Assembly: GCA_963793525.1 (NCBI GenBank)
Contig: CAWCAZ010000022.1
Location: 65,291 to 129,290 of the forward strand
Direction: 5' to 3'
DNA: 64,000 nucleotides
DNA from: an uncultured Acidobacteriaceae bacterium
GTDB taxonomy: Bacteria > Acidobacteriota > Terriglobia > Terriglobales > Acidobacteriaceae
Shown here: piece after piece, positions 33,762-43,832 of the stretch
How the letters are laid out: the number at the start of each line of letters is the position of its first letter
How positions within the stretch are numbered: the stretch's first letter is position 1
Program-made: the position numbers and the translations under genes
The notes under the pieces: generated by a model
Told to the model about the DNA's origin: nothing
What the model saw: the letters and a program-made list of their open reading frames with translations, nothing else
Database searches by the model: none

Positions 33762-35012
33762 TCAATGTTGCGCGGATTGAAAAAGGTACACCCCGAGAAC
33801 CACCATCAACGGTTCCAGCGGGTGACGGAAGCGGGCATGGGCAGCCACTCCGTAGTAGACCAGAGGCAGCAGCAAGAAGGCCCACGCCAATAAACTGGCA
33901 GCGGGAGCCTTGCGTTGCAATGCCAAAGCGAGTCCAAGCAGCCCGCATACGCTGGCAAAAACAAAATTCAGGCTGCGCGCGTACTCCACCCAGGGTGTAG
34001 CGCTTGTCGGGTGAGGGACGCCTCCCCAAAAGAAAAACAGCCGCTTCAAAGTATTTTCAGCAAAGCGGACGGGATCGGCGCGCATCACAGCCCAAGCCTG
34101 TTCGCCGCGCATTCGAGAGTAGTTAATCTCGCCCATCGCTGTATATAAGCGCAGTTGGTCGGGCGCCTGGATCGGATGGTCATACTCCATCAGGAACCCG
34201 GTTGCCCCGGGTCCATTGCCCAGGTAGAGCTCGGCGCCAAAATTCCCTCGGGTGGGCACGAAGTGGTGGAAGACTTCCCAGTTCCTCCAAGTCCACGGCC
34301 CAAGGCAGGCGACAAACAGCACGGAGGCTAGCAGTACTCCGCCCACTTGGCGCTTCCAGTCCGGTGCTCCGGCCAATACCCAGAGCCCACAGGCGGGCAG
34401 GAAGATCAGCAGTGCAGGATTGCTCAGGCCGGTTAGACCCCAAAGTAGTCCCAACAACGCCCATCGGCCGGTGGTCATACCGGATGTATCCGGAGTACGC
34501 ATGCGCAGCGCCACCACCAGCACCCAGGAGAACAGGAACGTGGTGAGCGATGTGTCCCAAACCCAGCGGACGGCATACTGCATGGCGGCGGGATAAAGAG
34601 CCCAGATCCAGGCCGACCACAGGGCCACTTTCTGGTTGAAGCAGCGGGCCGCGATCTCCCAGGTGGTGCGCGCCGTCAGCGCGGAAAAGAGACTGTTGAT
34701 GGTGAGGATCACCCACGCCGACTGCGCGGTGAAGACGCCGAAGAGCTTGAACACCCCAGCCAAAATCAGGGGGAAGAGCGGTCCTACCCAGGCGGTTGGG
34801 CCGGTGTGCCCCCGAAAGGGATCGGCGAAGCCGAAGCCGGTGGCCAGCGCGCGTGCGATCCGCCCCATCTCTTCGCCGAAGAGCATGTGGTCGTCGTAAG
34901 GCCGGATGCGGTAGGTGTGCGCCAGCGTGAGGTAAAGCACGCGCACCGCAAAGGCCACCCAGAAGACTAACCACGGCGCACGGATATCCCTTTCCCGGGG
35001 TCGCTGGTACAT
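33762..35012 (-). CDS. Membrane glycosyltransferase, family 39 / ArnT-PMT-like
   Basis: 416 aa, polytopic, with sequence typical of lipid-linked-sugar-dependent glycosyltransferases (..YDDHMLFGEEMGRIARALATGFGF..). Confidence 0.7.
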   Translation of the reverse strand: MYQRPRERDIRAPWLVFWVAFAVRVLYLTLAHTYRIRPYDDHMLFGEEMGRIARALATGFGFADPFRGHTGPTAWVGPLFPLILAGVFKLFGVFTAQSAWVILTINSLFSALTARTTWEIAARCFNQKVALWSAWIWALYPAAMQYAVRWVWDTSLTTFLFSWVLVVALRMRTPDTSGMTTGRWALLGLLWGLTGLSNPALLIFLPACGLWVLAGAPDWKRQVGGVLLASVLFVACLGPWTWRNWEVFHHFVPTRGNFGAELYLGNGPGATGFLMEYDHPIQAPDQLRLYTAMGEINYSRMRGEQAWAVMRADPVRFAENTLKRLFFFWGGVPHPTSATPWVEYARSLNFVFASVCGLLGLALALQRKAPAASLLAWAFLLLPLVYYGVAAHARFRHPLEPLMVVLGVYLFQSAQH

Positions 35013-35050
35013 TGAATGGCATTCTATAGCGTCTGCGACTCGGCGGTGGG

Positions 35051-35079
35051 TTGTCGCCGCCCACTGATCCAGCTATACT
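35051..35079 (+). promoter_or_regulatory. Candidate sigma-70-type promoter of rpmB (TTGTCG-N17-TATACT)
   Basis: The -35 element is at 35051-35056 and the -10 element at 35074-35079, with an exact 17-nt spacer. It lies about 45 nt upstream of the rpmB ATG. Confidence 0.4.
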
Positions 35080-35123
35080 GGAGGTTCGCGTCTATGCGAA
35101 AAGTTTAGATATTGGAGTTAGTG

Positions 35124-35310
35124 ATGGCTCAGATTTGCAAAATCTGCGGCAAGGGTCCGCAGTTCGGTAACAAGATTTCGCATGCGCACAATGTGTCCAA
35201 GCGCCGCTGGAACGTCAATCTCCGCCCGGTCAAGGCTGAGGTGGGGCGGGCACAAGCGCATTCGCGTCTGCACCCGCTGTATCAAAGCAGGCAAGGTCGT
35301 AAAGGCCTAG
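35124..35310 (+). CDS. rpmB: 50S ribosomal protein L28; one frameshift
   Basis: [40 protein letters not shown].. then the expected ..[19 protein letters not shown] is one frame over. The shift is in the G-rich run GTGGGGCGGG at about 35245-35255. Span length is 3n+1. Confidence 0.92.
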
Positions 35311-35735
35311 TTACTCCTTTTCCCCGCATCTTTGGGTTCGAAACCAAGCGACAAGGAATTGATGCAGTAGCGCAGGCCGCCAGGCCCTGGACCATCCGGG
35401 AAGACGTGTCCCAGGTGGGCTCCGCAACGCGCACAGGTAACTTCCGTTCGCGTCATCCCGTAGCTCTTGTCTTCATGCAGATCGACCGCCTGCGGCGTTG
35501 GCCGGCAGCGAAAAGCTGGGCCATCCGTGCCGGATTCGAACTTGGTGTCGGAGCTGAACAGCTCCGCCCCGCAGGCTCCGCAACGATACGTGCCGTCCGC
35601 ATGGTTGCGGTAGAGCTTGCCGGAAAATGCCGGTTCCGTCCCTTTTTGCCGCATCACGTAATACTGTTCCGGGGTCAGCTCGGCACGCCACTCCGCGTCC
35701 GTCTTCTCAATCTTCTCGACTTGCTCTTTCTCCAT
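35307..35735 (-). CDS. msrB: Peptide-methionine (R)-S-oxide reductase; apparent compensating frameshift pair
   Basis: CxxC pairs (RCGACGAEL and [12 protein letters not shown]) and ..LRYCINS.. The conserved GTGWPSF motif reads GTDGPAF in frame, but [11 protein letters not shown] appears in the adjacent frame across about 35480-35530. Confidence 0.9.
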   Translation of the reverse strand: MEKEQVEKIEKTDAEWRAELTPEQYYVMRQKGTEPAFSGKLYRNHADGTYRCGACGAELFSSDTKFESGTDGPAFRCRPTPQAVDLHEDKSYGMTRTEVTCARCGAHLGHVFPDGPGPGGLRYCINSLSLGFEPKDAGKRSN

Positions 35736-35764
35736 GTCTTGCTCCTTGCTTCGATGCGTTACGT

Positions 35765-36163
35765 CTATCGTTGCGCAATCACTTCAATCTCCACCAGGGC
35801 GTCTTTGGGCAGTCTTGCCACTTCGACGGTGGACCGTGCCGGCGCCACCACACCCACCGGCGCCAGGTAGCGGGCATAAATCTCGTTCATCGCCGCAAAA
35901 TCGCCCATGTTTTTGAGGAAGACGGTGGTCTTGATGACGTGACGCAGATCGCTGCCGGCCTCGGCCAGAACCGCCTTCAGGTTCTCCAGCACGCGAACGG
36001 TCTGCTCCTTGATTCCGCCTTCGACCATTTGCCCGGTTTTCGGATCGAGGGCCACCTGGCCGGAGGTGTAAACCAGATTCCCGACCAGCACGGCCTGGGA
36101 GTAAGGGCCGATGGCCGAAGGCGCGTCTTCTGAGGAAATCATTAATTTGTCGAGGATGCTCAT
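35765..36163 (-). CDS. ridA: RidA/YjgF-family reactive-intermediate deaminase
   Basis: ..[30 protein letters not shown]......[18 protein letters not shown]....V.KTTVFL.....F..MNEIY... is typical of the family. Start chosen at MSILDK. Confidence 0.88.
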   Translation of the reverse strand: MSILDKLMISSEDAPSAIGPYSQAVLVGNLVYTSGQVALDPKTGQMVEGGIKEQTVRVLENLKAVLAEAGSDLRHVIKTTVFLKNMGDFAAMNEIYARYLAPVGVVAPARSTVEVARLPKDALVEIEVIAQR

Positions 36164-36214
36164 GCCGTGATTCTCGCCTCCTTGGGTACGGGGACGCAAA
36201 TCTGCGCCATTGCG

Positions 36215-36656
36215 TGCGTTTACACGCTGGGGAAACTCATGTTTTGTGTCAAGGCACGACTAGTCGGTCCGTGAGCGGACGCCTGATGAAGGCATCAGAG
36301 TCTGCATGAGGGCTAGCCTCCCTAACGATCCTGCATGTGATCGCACGAGACGGGTGCCGCACCTACGGTGCTCGTCATCGCATGGTTGCCAGCTCAGCCC
36401 TTACGGGCTGGGCTGACGTTTGACGGTCGGTCCTCTGGGCCACAGCGATGGGAGGGATCTGCCGTGGCTTTCGTTCTCATGCAGACACTTTAGCCCATAA
36501 GCTCTTGCTTTTTCCGCCGGCTGTTTAGTCGGGCCGTAATCGCGTGTCTGATGACGGCTTTAGCCGCTGAGGTACGGCTTTTCAACGCAGCTCCTGTTAC
36601 AAAAACAGGGGATTTCGGTCCAGGGCGCGAGATTTCCGCAGCCTGCGATCGGGCCG
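36215..36656. repeat. Large REP-like module mosaic (about 440 bp)
   Basis: Contains TGTGTCAAGGCACGACTAGTCGGTCCG, GAGGGCTAGCCTC, GACGGGTGCCGCACCTACGG, hairpin CAGCCC-TTAC-GGGCTG, AGGGATCTGCCGTGGCTTTCGTTCTCATGCAG (inverted copy of the 238-270 module), TTTAGTCGGGCCG and GGCTTTAGCCGCTGAGG. The relA frameshift lets the upstream frame run through it. Confidence 0.8.
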
Positions 36657-38907
36657 TTATACCTTGTGCGCGCGTTGCACGTCGCGGACGCCCGGCAAGC
36701 GCCGCAGGCCACTCACGATGCGCGTCAGGTGCCGCATGTCTTCGGCTTCCAGAACAAATTCGACCACTGCTTCTGAGTCGCCGGTCGATTTGGTATCGAC
36801 CCCACGAATGTTGGTGCCGTCGTCGCTGATGACCGCGGTCATTTCCTTCAGCATGCCGGCGCGATCGTCGCAAAACACCGTCAACTTCACCGGGTAGGTC
36901 ATCTTGCGGCCGGCATTTTCCTCCGCCATCCGCGCCCACTCCACGGAGATGCGGCGGTCGCTCTCGTAGAGCAGATTCTGCACGTTGGGGCAGCTCCGCG
37001 CATGCACCGCCACGCCCTTGCCGCGGGTCACATAGCCTACAATCTCTTCGCCGCGAATGGGATTGCAACATCGCGCCCGGTAGACCAGCAGAGTCGTCCT
37101 GGCCTTCCACCTGCAGGGAGTCGGAGCCGTGCATGTGGACACGTCTTACCGCCTCCGACATGGCGCCGCTCGCGGCATCCTTGCCCGGCTCCACTTCGAG
37201 GCCGGTCTGCGAGGTCACCCCCGGAGAGAGCTTGTTCAGCACCTGGCGTGAGGAGTACTTGCCGAAGCCGATCGCCGCCATCAGGTCGCTGGCCGTCGCC
37301 AGGCCACATTCGCTGGCCGCACGGGCGTAGTCCGTGTCGGTGAGCTTGCTGAGGGACACCTTGTACTTGCGCGCCTCCCGGTCGAGCAGCTTCTTGCCGA
37401 TTTCTACCGCGCGCTCGCGCTGGTGCTCGTTGAGCCAATGCTTGATCTTGTTACGCGCCCGCGAGCTCTTGGCGAAGGTGAGCCAATCGCGGCTGGGGGT
37501 GTGGCCGTTCTGCGTAACCACTTCCACGATGTCGCCGTTGTGCAGCTTGGTGCGCAGCTGCGCCATCCTGCCGTTCACCTTCGCGCCCACGCAGGTATTG
37601 CCTACCTCGGTATGGATGGAATAGGCGAAGTCAATCGGCGTCGCATCCTTCGGCAGCACCACTACCTTGCCCTTGGGGGTAAAGGTGTAAACCTCTTCCG
37701 GGTAGAGATCGATCTTCAGCGTGGAAAGAAACTCGTTGGGATCGGTCATCTCCCGCTGCCACTCGACCAGCTGCCGAACCCAGGCCAGCCGTTGTTCATC
37801 GCGCGCGTTGGTGGCCGAGCCGGCCGCTTTATATTTCCAGTGCGCCGCGATCCCCTCTTCGGCGATGCGGTGCATTTCTTCGGTCCTGATCTGGACCTCG
37901 AACTGATGTCCGCCCTCGCCCATCACCGTGGTATGCAGTGATTGATACAGATTCGGCCGGGGCATGGCGATAAAGTCCTTGATGCGCCCAGGCACCGGGC
38001 GCCAGATGGAGTGGATCAGGCCAAAGGCCGCATAGCAATCCTGTACCGTGGCGGTGATCACGCGGACGGCCAGCAGGTCGTAGACCTGGTCGACGTTTAT
38101 CTTTTGCTTTTGTAGTTTTTGATAGATGCTGTATAGCCGCTTGATCCGCCATTCGACGCGCGCCTTGATGTTGTTTTCGCGCAGCCGCTCGTTGAGCAGG
38201 GATTCGACCGAGTTGAGAAACTGCTCATCTTCGTCGCGCGCCGCATCCACCGCGCTCTTCACCTGGTCATAGCCGAAGGGATCGACGTAGCGGAAAGCCA
38301 GATCTTCCAACTCTCCGCGCACTTTGCCCATGCCGAGGCGGTGGGCCAACGGAGCATAGATATCCAATGTTTCCCGGGCGATCGATTCCTGGCGTTCGGG
38401 CGGAAGGTGCTGCAACGTCCGCATGTTGTGCAGCCGGTCCGCCATCTTGATCAAAACGACGCGGACGTCGCTGACCATGGCCAGCAACATCTTGCGCACA
38501 TTCTCGGCCTGGCGGTCTTCGCGGTTAGCAAACTGGATCTTATCGATCTTGGTCACGCCCTCGACGATGTGCGCAACTTGCTCCCCGAATTGTTCAGTGA
38601 TGTCTTCGGTTGTGACGGGTGTGTCTTCGACGGCATCGTGCAGCAGCCCGGCCGCGATCGCGGTCGAGTCCAGCTTCATTTCCGCCAGAACCTGGGCTAC
38701 CTCCAAGGGATGCAACACATACGGCTCTCCGGAAGCCCGGAGCTGCCCGCTGTGGTGCTGCACACAGAACTCCCATGCTCTGCGAATGATGCCGATGTCG
38801 TCGCTCGGCCGATTCTTGCCGATGGTCGCGAGCAGCTCGGCAAACTTCGCCGTCAGGATGTCCGGATCCGCCGGAGGTTCAAGTGGCGTAGAGTGCACAG
38901 TCGCCAT
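36657..38907 (-). CDS. Bifunctional (p)ppGpp synthetase/hydrolase (RelA/SpoT homolog); one frameshift
   Basis: HD domain (HPLEVA...HDAVEDT), synthetase domain, TGS, and C-terminal CC/ACT region (..YRARCCNPIRGEEIVGYVTRGKGVAVH..). Shift at about 37090-37115. The true stop is at 36657-36659. Confidence 0.93.
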
Positions 38908-39022
38908 ACCTGATTATAGGCTGCTCGCTAAGCATTTTCACTTCCGGTGTACATAAGCAACCGCTTCTGACTCGCCTAACGGCCTGGTGGGTGGTCCAAC
39001 GAATCTCGTGCGAAGATGACTT

Positions 39023-40255
39023 GTGTCTCATGAGTCCATTTCTGCGCCTGCCGGCAAGGCGGCGGTCACCACCATCTCCCGCCGGGCAGCGGACCGCCTG
39101 CGTGCAGGGCATCTCTGGGTCTACCGTTCGGACATCGAGCACTTAGTGGAGACAGAAGCGGGTCTGATCCCGGTGGCGGACTATCGCGGTTTCCCCTTGG
39201 GCACCGCGCTGTGGAGTCCCAGCTCCCAGATCGCGCTGCGCATGATATCGTCCGACCCCCATCTGACGCATGAGGGCTGGTTGGCGCTCTTTGATCGGCG
39301 CCTACGCTCCGCCATTCAGCAACGCCAAGGGATGCTGGAAGAGGGCACCGACGCCTGCCGGCTGGTCTTCAGTGAAGCCGATCAACTCCCCGGTCTGATT
39401 GTTGATCGGTACGGGGATCTGATCCTGTTTGAGATCCTTGCCAAGGCACTTGATCGGGATGAGGTCCGCGCGGTCATCGTCGAGGTCCTCAAGTCCGAAC
39501 TTGAGCCGCTCACGATCGTGGAACGGTCCGATGCCCGCATCCGGGAGCTGGAGCAGCTCAGCCAGCCGTCCGAGGAGCCGCTCTATACCGCCGAGCCTGT
39601 TCGTCAGCTGACGACCATCTTTCACCTGAATGGGCTGGCCTTTCACTACGACGCCAACGCAGGGCAGAAGACCGGAGCCTTCCTCGATCAGCGTCTGAAC
39701 TATGCCGCCGCTTCGCGCTATGCCCATGGCGAGGCTCTCGATGTTTGCACCTACCAGGGCGGTTTTGCACTACATCTGGCCCGATCTTGTTCCCGCGTGA
39801 CCGGCGTTGACGCCTCCCGTGCCGCCCTTGAAGTGGCGGAGGAGAACCTGGAGGTCAACCTTCACCGCCTCCAGGCCCCGGTGGAGTGGATCGAAGCCAA
39901 CGCTTTCGATCTTCTGCGTGATTGGAGCACCGCCGGCAACACCTTCGACACGGTGGTGCTTGACCCGCCCGCCTTTGCCAAGTCAAAGCGGGCTGTTTCC
40001 GGCGCTCTTCGCGGATACAAAGAGCTCAATTTGCGGGCCCTGAAGATGCTGCGTCCGGGGGGAACGCTGGTGACCTGTTCCTGTTCCCACCACGTGTCCT
40101 GGGAGGAGTTTCACGGTGTCGTGGCGGCCGCCGCCGGCGATGCCCAACGCCGGGTTCGTCTTTTGGAACGCCGCGGTGCTGCTCCAGATCACCCCGTCGT
40201 CCTCAATATTCCCGAGACCGAGTATCTGAAGTGCCTAATCCTGCAGGTCGACTAG
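39023..40255 (+). CDS. Class I SAM-dependent rRNA (cytosine-C5) methyltransferase, RlmI/PUA-domain type
   Basis: 410 aa. ..RLRAGHLWVYRSDI.. (PUA-like N-terminus), ..QKTGAFLDQR.. and ..DTVVLDPPAFAKSK.. are typical of RlmI-like enzymes. Confidence 0.8.
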   Translation: MSHESISAPAGKAAVTTISRRAADRLRAGHLWVYRSDIEHLVETEAGLIPVADYRGFPLGTALWSPSSQIALRMISSDPHLTHEGWLALFDRRLRSAIQQRQGMLEEGTDACRLVFSEADQLPGLIVDRYGDLILFEILAKALDRDEVRAVIVEVLKSELEPLTIVERSDARIRELEQLSQPSEEPLYTAEPVRQLTTIFHLNGLAFHYDANAGQKTGAFLDQRLNYAAASRYAHGEALDVCTYQGGFALHLARSCSRVTGVDASRAALEVAEENLEVNLHRLQAPVEWIEANAFDLLRDWSTAGNTFDTVVLDPPAFAKSKRAVSGALRGYKELNLRALKMLRPGGTLVTCSCSHHVSWEEFHGVVAAAAGDAQRRVRLLERRGAAPDHPVVLNIPETEYLKCLILQVD

Positions 40256-40268
40256 CGACCCCCCCATT

Positions 40269-40442
40269 AAAACTGGACGGGTGCCCCACGTTCGCCCCAG
40301 CGTACGTGGGCCAAAAACGAGATGTTTCGAATGCTTTTACCAAACCTTACTCAGACCGTTGGCGGACAGAACTTTGATGGGCTTCGCCCGTCGTTTCGGG
40401 CCCACGTACGCTGGGGCGAACGTGGGGCACCCGTCCAGTTTT
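40269..40442. mobile_element. MITE-like element: perfect 44-bp terminal inverted repeats with an 86-bp core and no coding capacity
   Basis: AAAACTGGACGGGTGCCCCACGTTCGCCCCAGCGTACGTGGGCC (40269-40312) is the exact reverse complement of 40399-40442. Single arms of the same family occur at 22684-22755 and 24054-24135. A shorter hairpin-only member is at 1882-1915. Confidence 0.75.
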
Positions 40443-40515
40443 GATGGGGTCCTCAGGCAGAGACGCGCAACCAAATTACGGGAAAACCACGGGTAAGCCC
40501 TAGAATAAAAAACAC

Positions 40516-41296
40516 ATGCCATTTGGACCTCACTGGCAACACGCCTGGCTGGTCATCGCTTCGTTTCTCGCCGGCGCGCTGAATGCCATGGCGGGCGGCG
40601 GCTCGTTTTTGTCGTTTCCAGCGCTTCTTGGGGTGGGGGTTCCGCCCATCCAGGCAAACGCAACCAATACGGTTGCTCTCTGGCCCGGCCAGTTCACCTC
40701 GATCGCAGCGTATTGGCAGGACTTGAAGGCGAATCTGCGGCTGGTCGCTGCCCGTCTGTTCCGCCGCACTGCTAGGCGGCGTGGTGGGCGCCATCATCCT
40801 GCTCCGCACCGGCCAAGCCACTTTTATGGCGCTGGTGCCCTGGTTGCTGCTGCTCGCCTCCGGGCTCTTTGCCGCCAGCGGCCCAGTCTCCGGCTGGCTG
40901 CAACGGCGGCGTATGACCTTGACCGGCGTCAGCCCTAGCCTCGTCCCGCTATGGTTTGGCGTCGTGCTGGTGTCCTTTTACATCGGCTATTTCGGCGCCG
41001 GCGCGGGCTTTCTGCTGATGTCGGTGCTGGCCGTCTTTGGCATCCAGAACATCAACCAGGTCAATGCGTTGAAGGTAATCGCCACCACCACCGCAAACGG
41101 CATCGCGGTGGTCACCTTCATCGTGGGGAAGCAGATTCTCTGGAAGTATTGCTTGCTGATGATGATCGCCGCGGCGGTCGGCGGCTACCTGGGAGCCCGT
41201 TACGCGCGCCGGATGAATCCCCGGTTCATGCGCTTGCTGGTGGTGCTGATCGGGCTAGGAATGGCTGCGTACTTCTTTTGGAAGCAGTATTCTTGA
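40516..41296 (+). CDS. TauE/SafE-family (DUF81) anion exporter membrane protein; one frameshift
   Basis: ..FLAGALNAMAGGGSFLSFPALL..G.....ANATN.. and the C-terminal half ..GYFGAGAGFLLMSVL.. are in different frames. Shift at about 40744-40752. Confidence 0.82.
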
Positions 41297-41309
41297 AGAA
41301 GGGATAGCG

Positions 41310-41753
41310 ATGAGCCACGAAGGCATCCGATTTATCAGCGAGCAAGAGGCGCAGAGACTGGCGCAAGAGAACTCTCATCGCGATCTGCCCCACGAGGCCA
41401 TCGAACCGGCCCGTGTCCGGGTGCAAAAGACGACCGGGACGGGCATGGAAATCGATTGGAAGGACGGCCATCAAAGCAGCTGGAACTTCACCTGGCTGCG
41501 CGATGCCTGCCCTTGCGCCACCTGCCACGAAGAGCGCGGAGCAACCGGCCGTAGACCAGGGGAGCCCAAGCCGCAGCCGGCCACGCTGCTGCAGATGTAC
41601 AAGGCGCCGCCACGGCCGGAGTCGGTTTCCCCGGTCGGCCGTTACGCCATCAGCTTTCGCTGGAATGACGGCCACCAGAGCGGGATCTATTCCTGGGATT
41701 ACCTTCGTCGCAGTTGCCAGTGCGGCCCGTGCCAGGCGGCTGGGCTGCGCTGA
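41310..41753 (+). CDS. DUF971-family protein (gamma-butyrobetaine-hydroxylase-like N-terminal domain)
   Basis: ..MEIDWKDGHQSSWNFTWLRDACPCATC.. and ..YAISFRWNDGHQSGIYSWDYLRR.C.C. form a duplicated DGH motif, characteristic of DUF971. Confidence 0.7.
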   Translation: MSHEGIRFISEQEAQRLAQENSHRDLPHEAIEPARVRVQKTTGTGMEIDWKDGHQSSWNFTWLRDACPCATCHEERGATGRRPGEPKPQPATLLQMYKAPPRPESVSPVGRYAISFRWNDGHQSGIYSWDYLRRSCQCGPCQAAGLR

Positions 41754-41861
41754 AGGGCGCCATCGAAGGAGAAACCCACACAAGTCACCCCAAATTTCAC
41801 AGCCACCCTGGCCTGTAATCTGAGGGTGGATCAGAGTTACTGGAGCGATCCAAGAGAGTGA

Positions 41862-43103
41862 GTGAAATTGCCGAGCGACGTGGAAATTCCGAGTATGAAA
41901 GACTCCCCAATTGTCGATGATCCGGTCGCGCGGCCTAAAAGCGAGACCACTGGGATCTTGCCCTTCCAGGCAATCCAGGGATTAATCGACAGCGGAGCAA
42001 TTATCGCCCCCGATTTTGACGCCAACCAGATCCAGCCGGCGAGTATCGACCTGCGATTGGGGAAGAAAGCCTTCCAGATTGCCGCCAGCTTTTTGCCCGG
42101 CCACTCGCCCATCGAAGGCAAGATCAGGGACCTGCTCATCCGCGAGATCGATCTGGAAGACTCCGCAGTTTTGGAGCCACGCTCCGTCTTCCTCGTGCCT
42201 CTCATGGAAAGCCTGCGCTTGCCGGCAGATGTGTCAGGGATCGCGAACCCGAAGAGCACAACCGGGCGCCTGGACGTTTTCACCAGGCTGATTACGGAGC
42301 CAGGAATCGAATTCGAACGCGTCCCCAAAGGCTACGAGGGGAAACTCTATCTGGAAGTCGTCTCGCGCACGTTTCCCGTCCGGGTTAGAACCGGGATGAA
42401 GTTGAATCAGCTGCGGCTCATGCGGGGCAAGCCCCAGGCCACCGATGGCAAGTTGGTAAGGCTGGCGGAAAGAGAGCAGCTGACCTTCGACGCGGACAAT
42501 AGCCCCATCGACCCAAGAATCGACAGAGGGCTCAGTGTTTCGGTGGATCTGGTGGGGAATACCGGGTCCAACATCATCGCTTACCGGGCTAAGAAGACCA
42601 GGCATGCGATCGATCTAGGCAAGGTCAACGCTTACGACATCGGGGAATTCTGGGAAATCATCCCGCGTTCCAAGTCCAAAGACCTGACGCTGCAGGCCGG
42701 GGATTTCTACATCCTGGCATCCCATGAAAGAATCCGCGTCCCGCCGACTCATGCCGCGGAGATGGTTCCGTTCGACCCTTCCATAGGCGAGTTCCGTATC
42801 CACTACGCCGGATTCTTCGATCCTGGTTTTGGATACGGCGATCGAGGGGAAATTCCCGGCACCAAGGCGGTTCTCGAAGTTAGGGCGCATGAGGTCCCTA
42901 TCCTTCTCGAACATGGTCAACTGGTGGGAAAGCTGATCTATCACCAGATGGCACAACTGCCGGAAAGGGTCTACGGACGCTCGATCGGCTCCTCGTATCA
43001 GCAACAAGGTCTCGCGCTGAGCAAGCAATTCAAACCCCTGCAAGCCACCGAACAGGAGCCTGCTTCCGGCTACGCACCGGTCTTGTCTCCGCCAACGGCC
43101 TAG
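41862..43103 (+). CDS. 2'-deoxycytidine 5'-triphosphate deaminase, long (tandem dUTPase-fold) form
   Basis: ..QPASIDLRLG.., ..ANPKSTTGRLDVF.., second repeat ..FDPGFGYG....G...VLEVR... The start may be the ATG at 41895. Confidence 0.75.
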   Translation: MKLPSDVEIPSMKDSPIVDDPVARPKSETTGILPFQAIQGLIDSGAIIAPDFDANQIQPASIDLRLGKKAFQIAASFLPGHSPIEGKIRDLLIREIDLEDSAVLEPRSVFLVPLMESLRLPADVSGIANPKSTTGRLDVFTRLITEPGIEFERVPKGYEGKLYLEVVSRTFPVRVRTGMKLNQLRLMRGKPQATDGKLVRLAEREQLTFDADNSPIDPRIDRGLSVSVDLVGNTGSNIIAYRAKKTRHAIDLGKVNAYDIGEFWEIIPRSKSKDLTLQAGDFYILASHERIRVPPTHAAEMVPFDPSIGEFRIHYAGFFDPGFGYGDRGEIPGTKAVLEVRAHEVPILLEHGQLVGKLIYHQMAQLPERVYGRSIGSSYQQQGLALSKQFKPLQATEQEPASGYAPVLSPPTA

Positions 43104-43712
43104 GGAGCAGGCTTAGCTGGAGGCTTGTGGCTCACTGGCAGAGTCTTCCATAGGCTCTGCATACATTGCAGAGCCTCCGCGGCGTTATCGGCGACGTGAA
43201 TCAGGGCGCGGTTTTTCTCCTTCAGGAATCCCTGATCCGATCGCGATCCCGAGAAAGCTCAGCAGTTGGTCGTAATAGCCGGTGGTGTTCACCAGAAGGC
43301 ACGGTTTTGCATGGATCCCGAGCTGTGCCCAGGTGAGGATCTCGAAAAATTCGTCGAGGGTTCCAAAACCGCCAGGCAGGGCAACAAACGCATCCGCCTC
43401 CTGGGCCATAAGGGCTTTGCGTTCGTGCATGGTTTCCACCAACACCAGCCGGGTGAGATTTTGGTGCGCCACCTCCACTCCAGCCAGCGCGTGGGGAATG
43501 ACGCCGATGACTTCGCTTCCATGAGCCAGCGCGGCGTCTGCCAAGGCGCCCATCAGGCCCACCTGCGCGCCGCCATACACCAGGCCCAGGCCGGCCTCTC
43601 CCAGCAGGCGTCCCAAAGTTACCGCTTCGGCGCGGTACTCTGGCCGCGCCCCAGGACTCGATCCACAAAAGACGCAGACTCTGCGCCCGATTTCTTTCGC
43701 CTTACTCTGCAT
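43100..43712 (-). CDS. LOG-family (TIGR00730-type) nucleotide 5'-monophosphate nucleosidase; one frameshift near the 3' end
   Basis: VCVFCGSS.G....Y...A..LG..L......LVYGG...GLMG and [18 protein letters not shown]. The expected tail ..[21 protein letters not shown].. is in another frame from about 43235-43255. The corrected stop overlaps the dcd stop (CTAG at 43100-43103). Confidence 0.82.
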
Positions 43713-43832
43713 ACGAAGATTGCAACACATTTATGAACAGGCCGCGGACGATACACTGGTAAGAGAGAACCCATCCCGTAACCAGACCATCCGCCGAACC
43801 AAAGCACCAACGCACCCTTCAGAGACCAGCCA

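Noticed and set aside
36490-36656. C-terminal 55 residues of the 805-aa relA ORF as given.
   Set aside because: This tail translates the REP mosaic and arises only because the frameshift at about 37100 moves translation out of the true frame. The authentic ACT-domain C-terminus ends at 36657.
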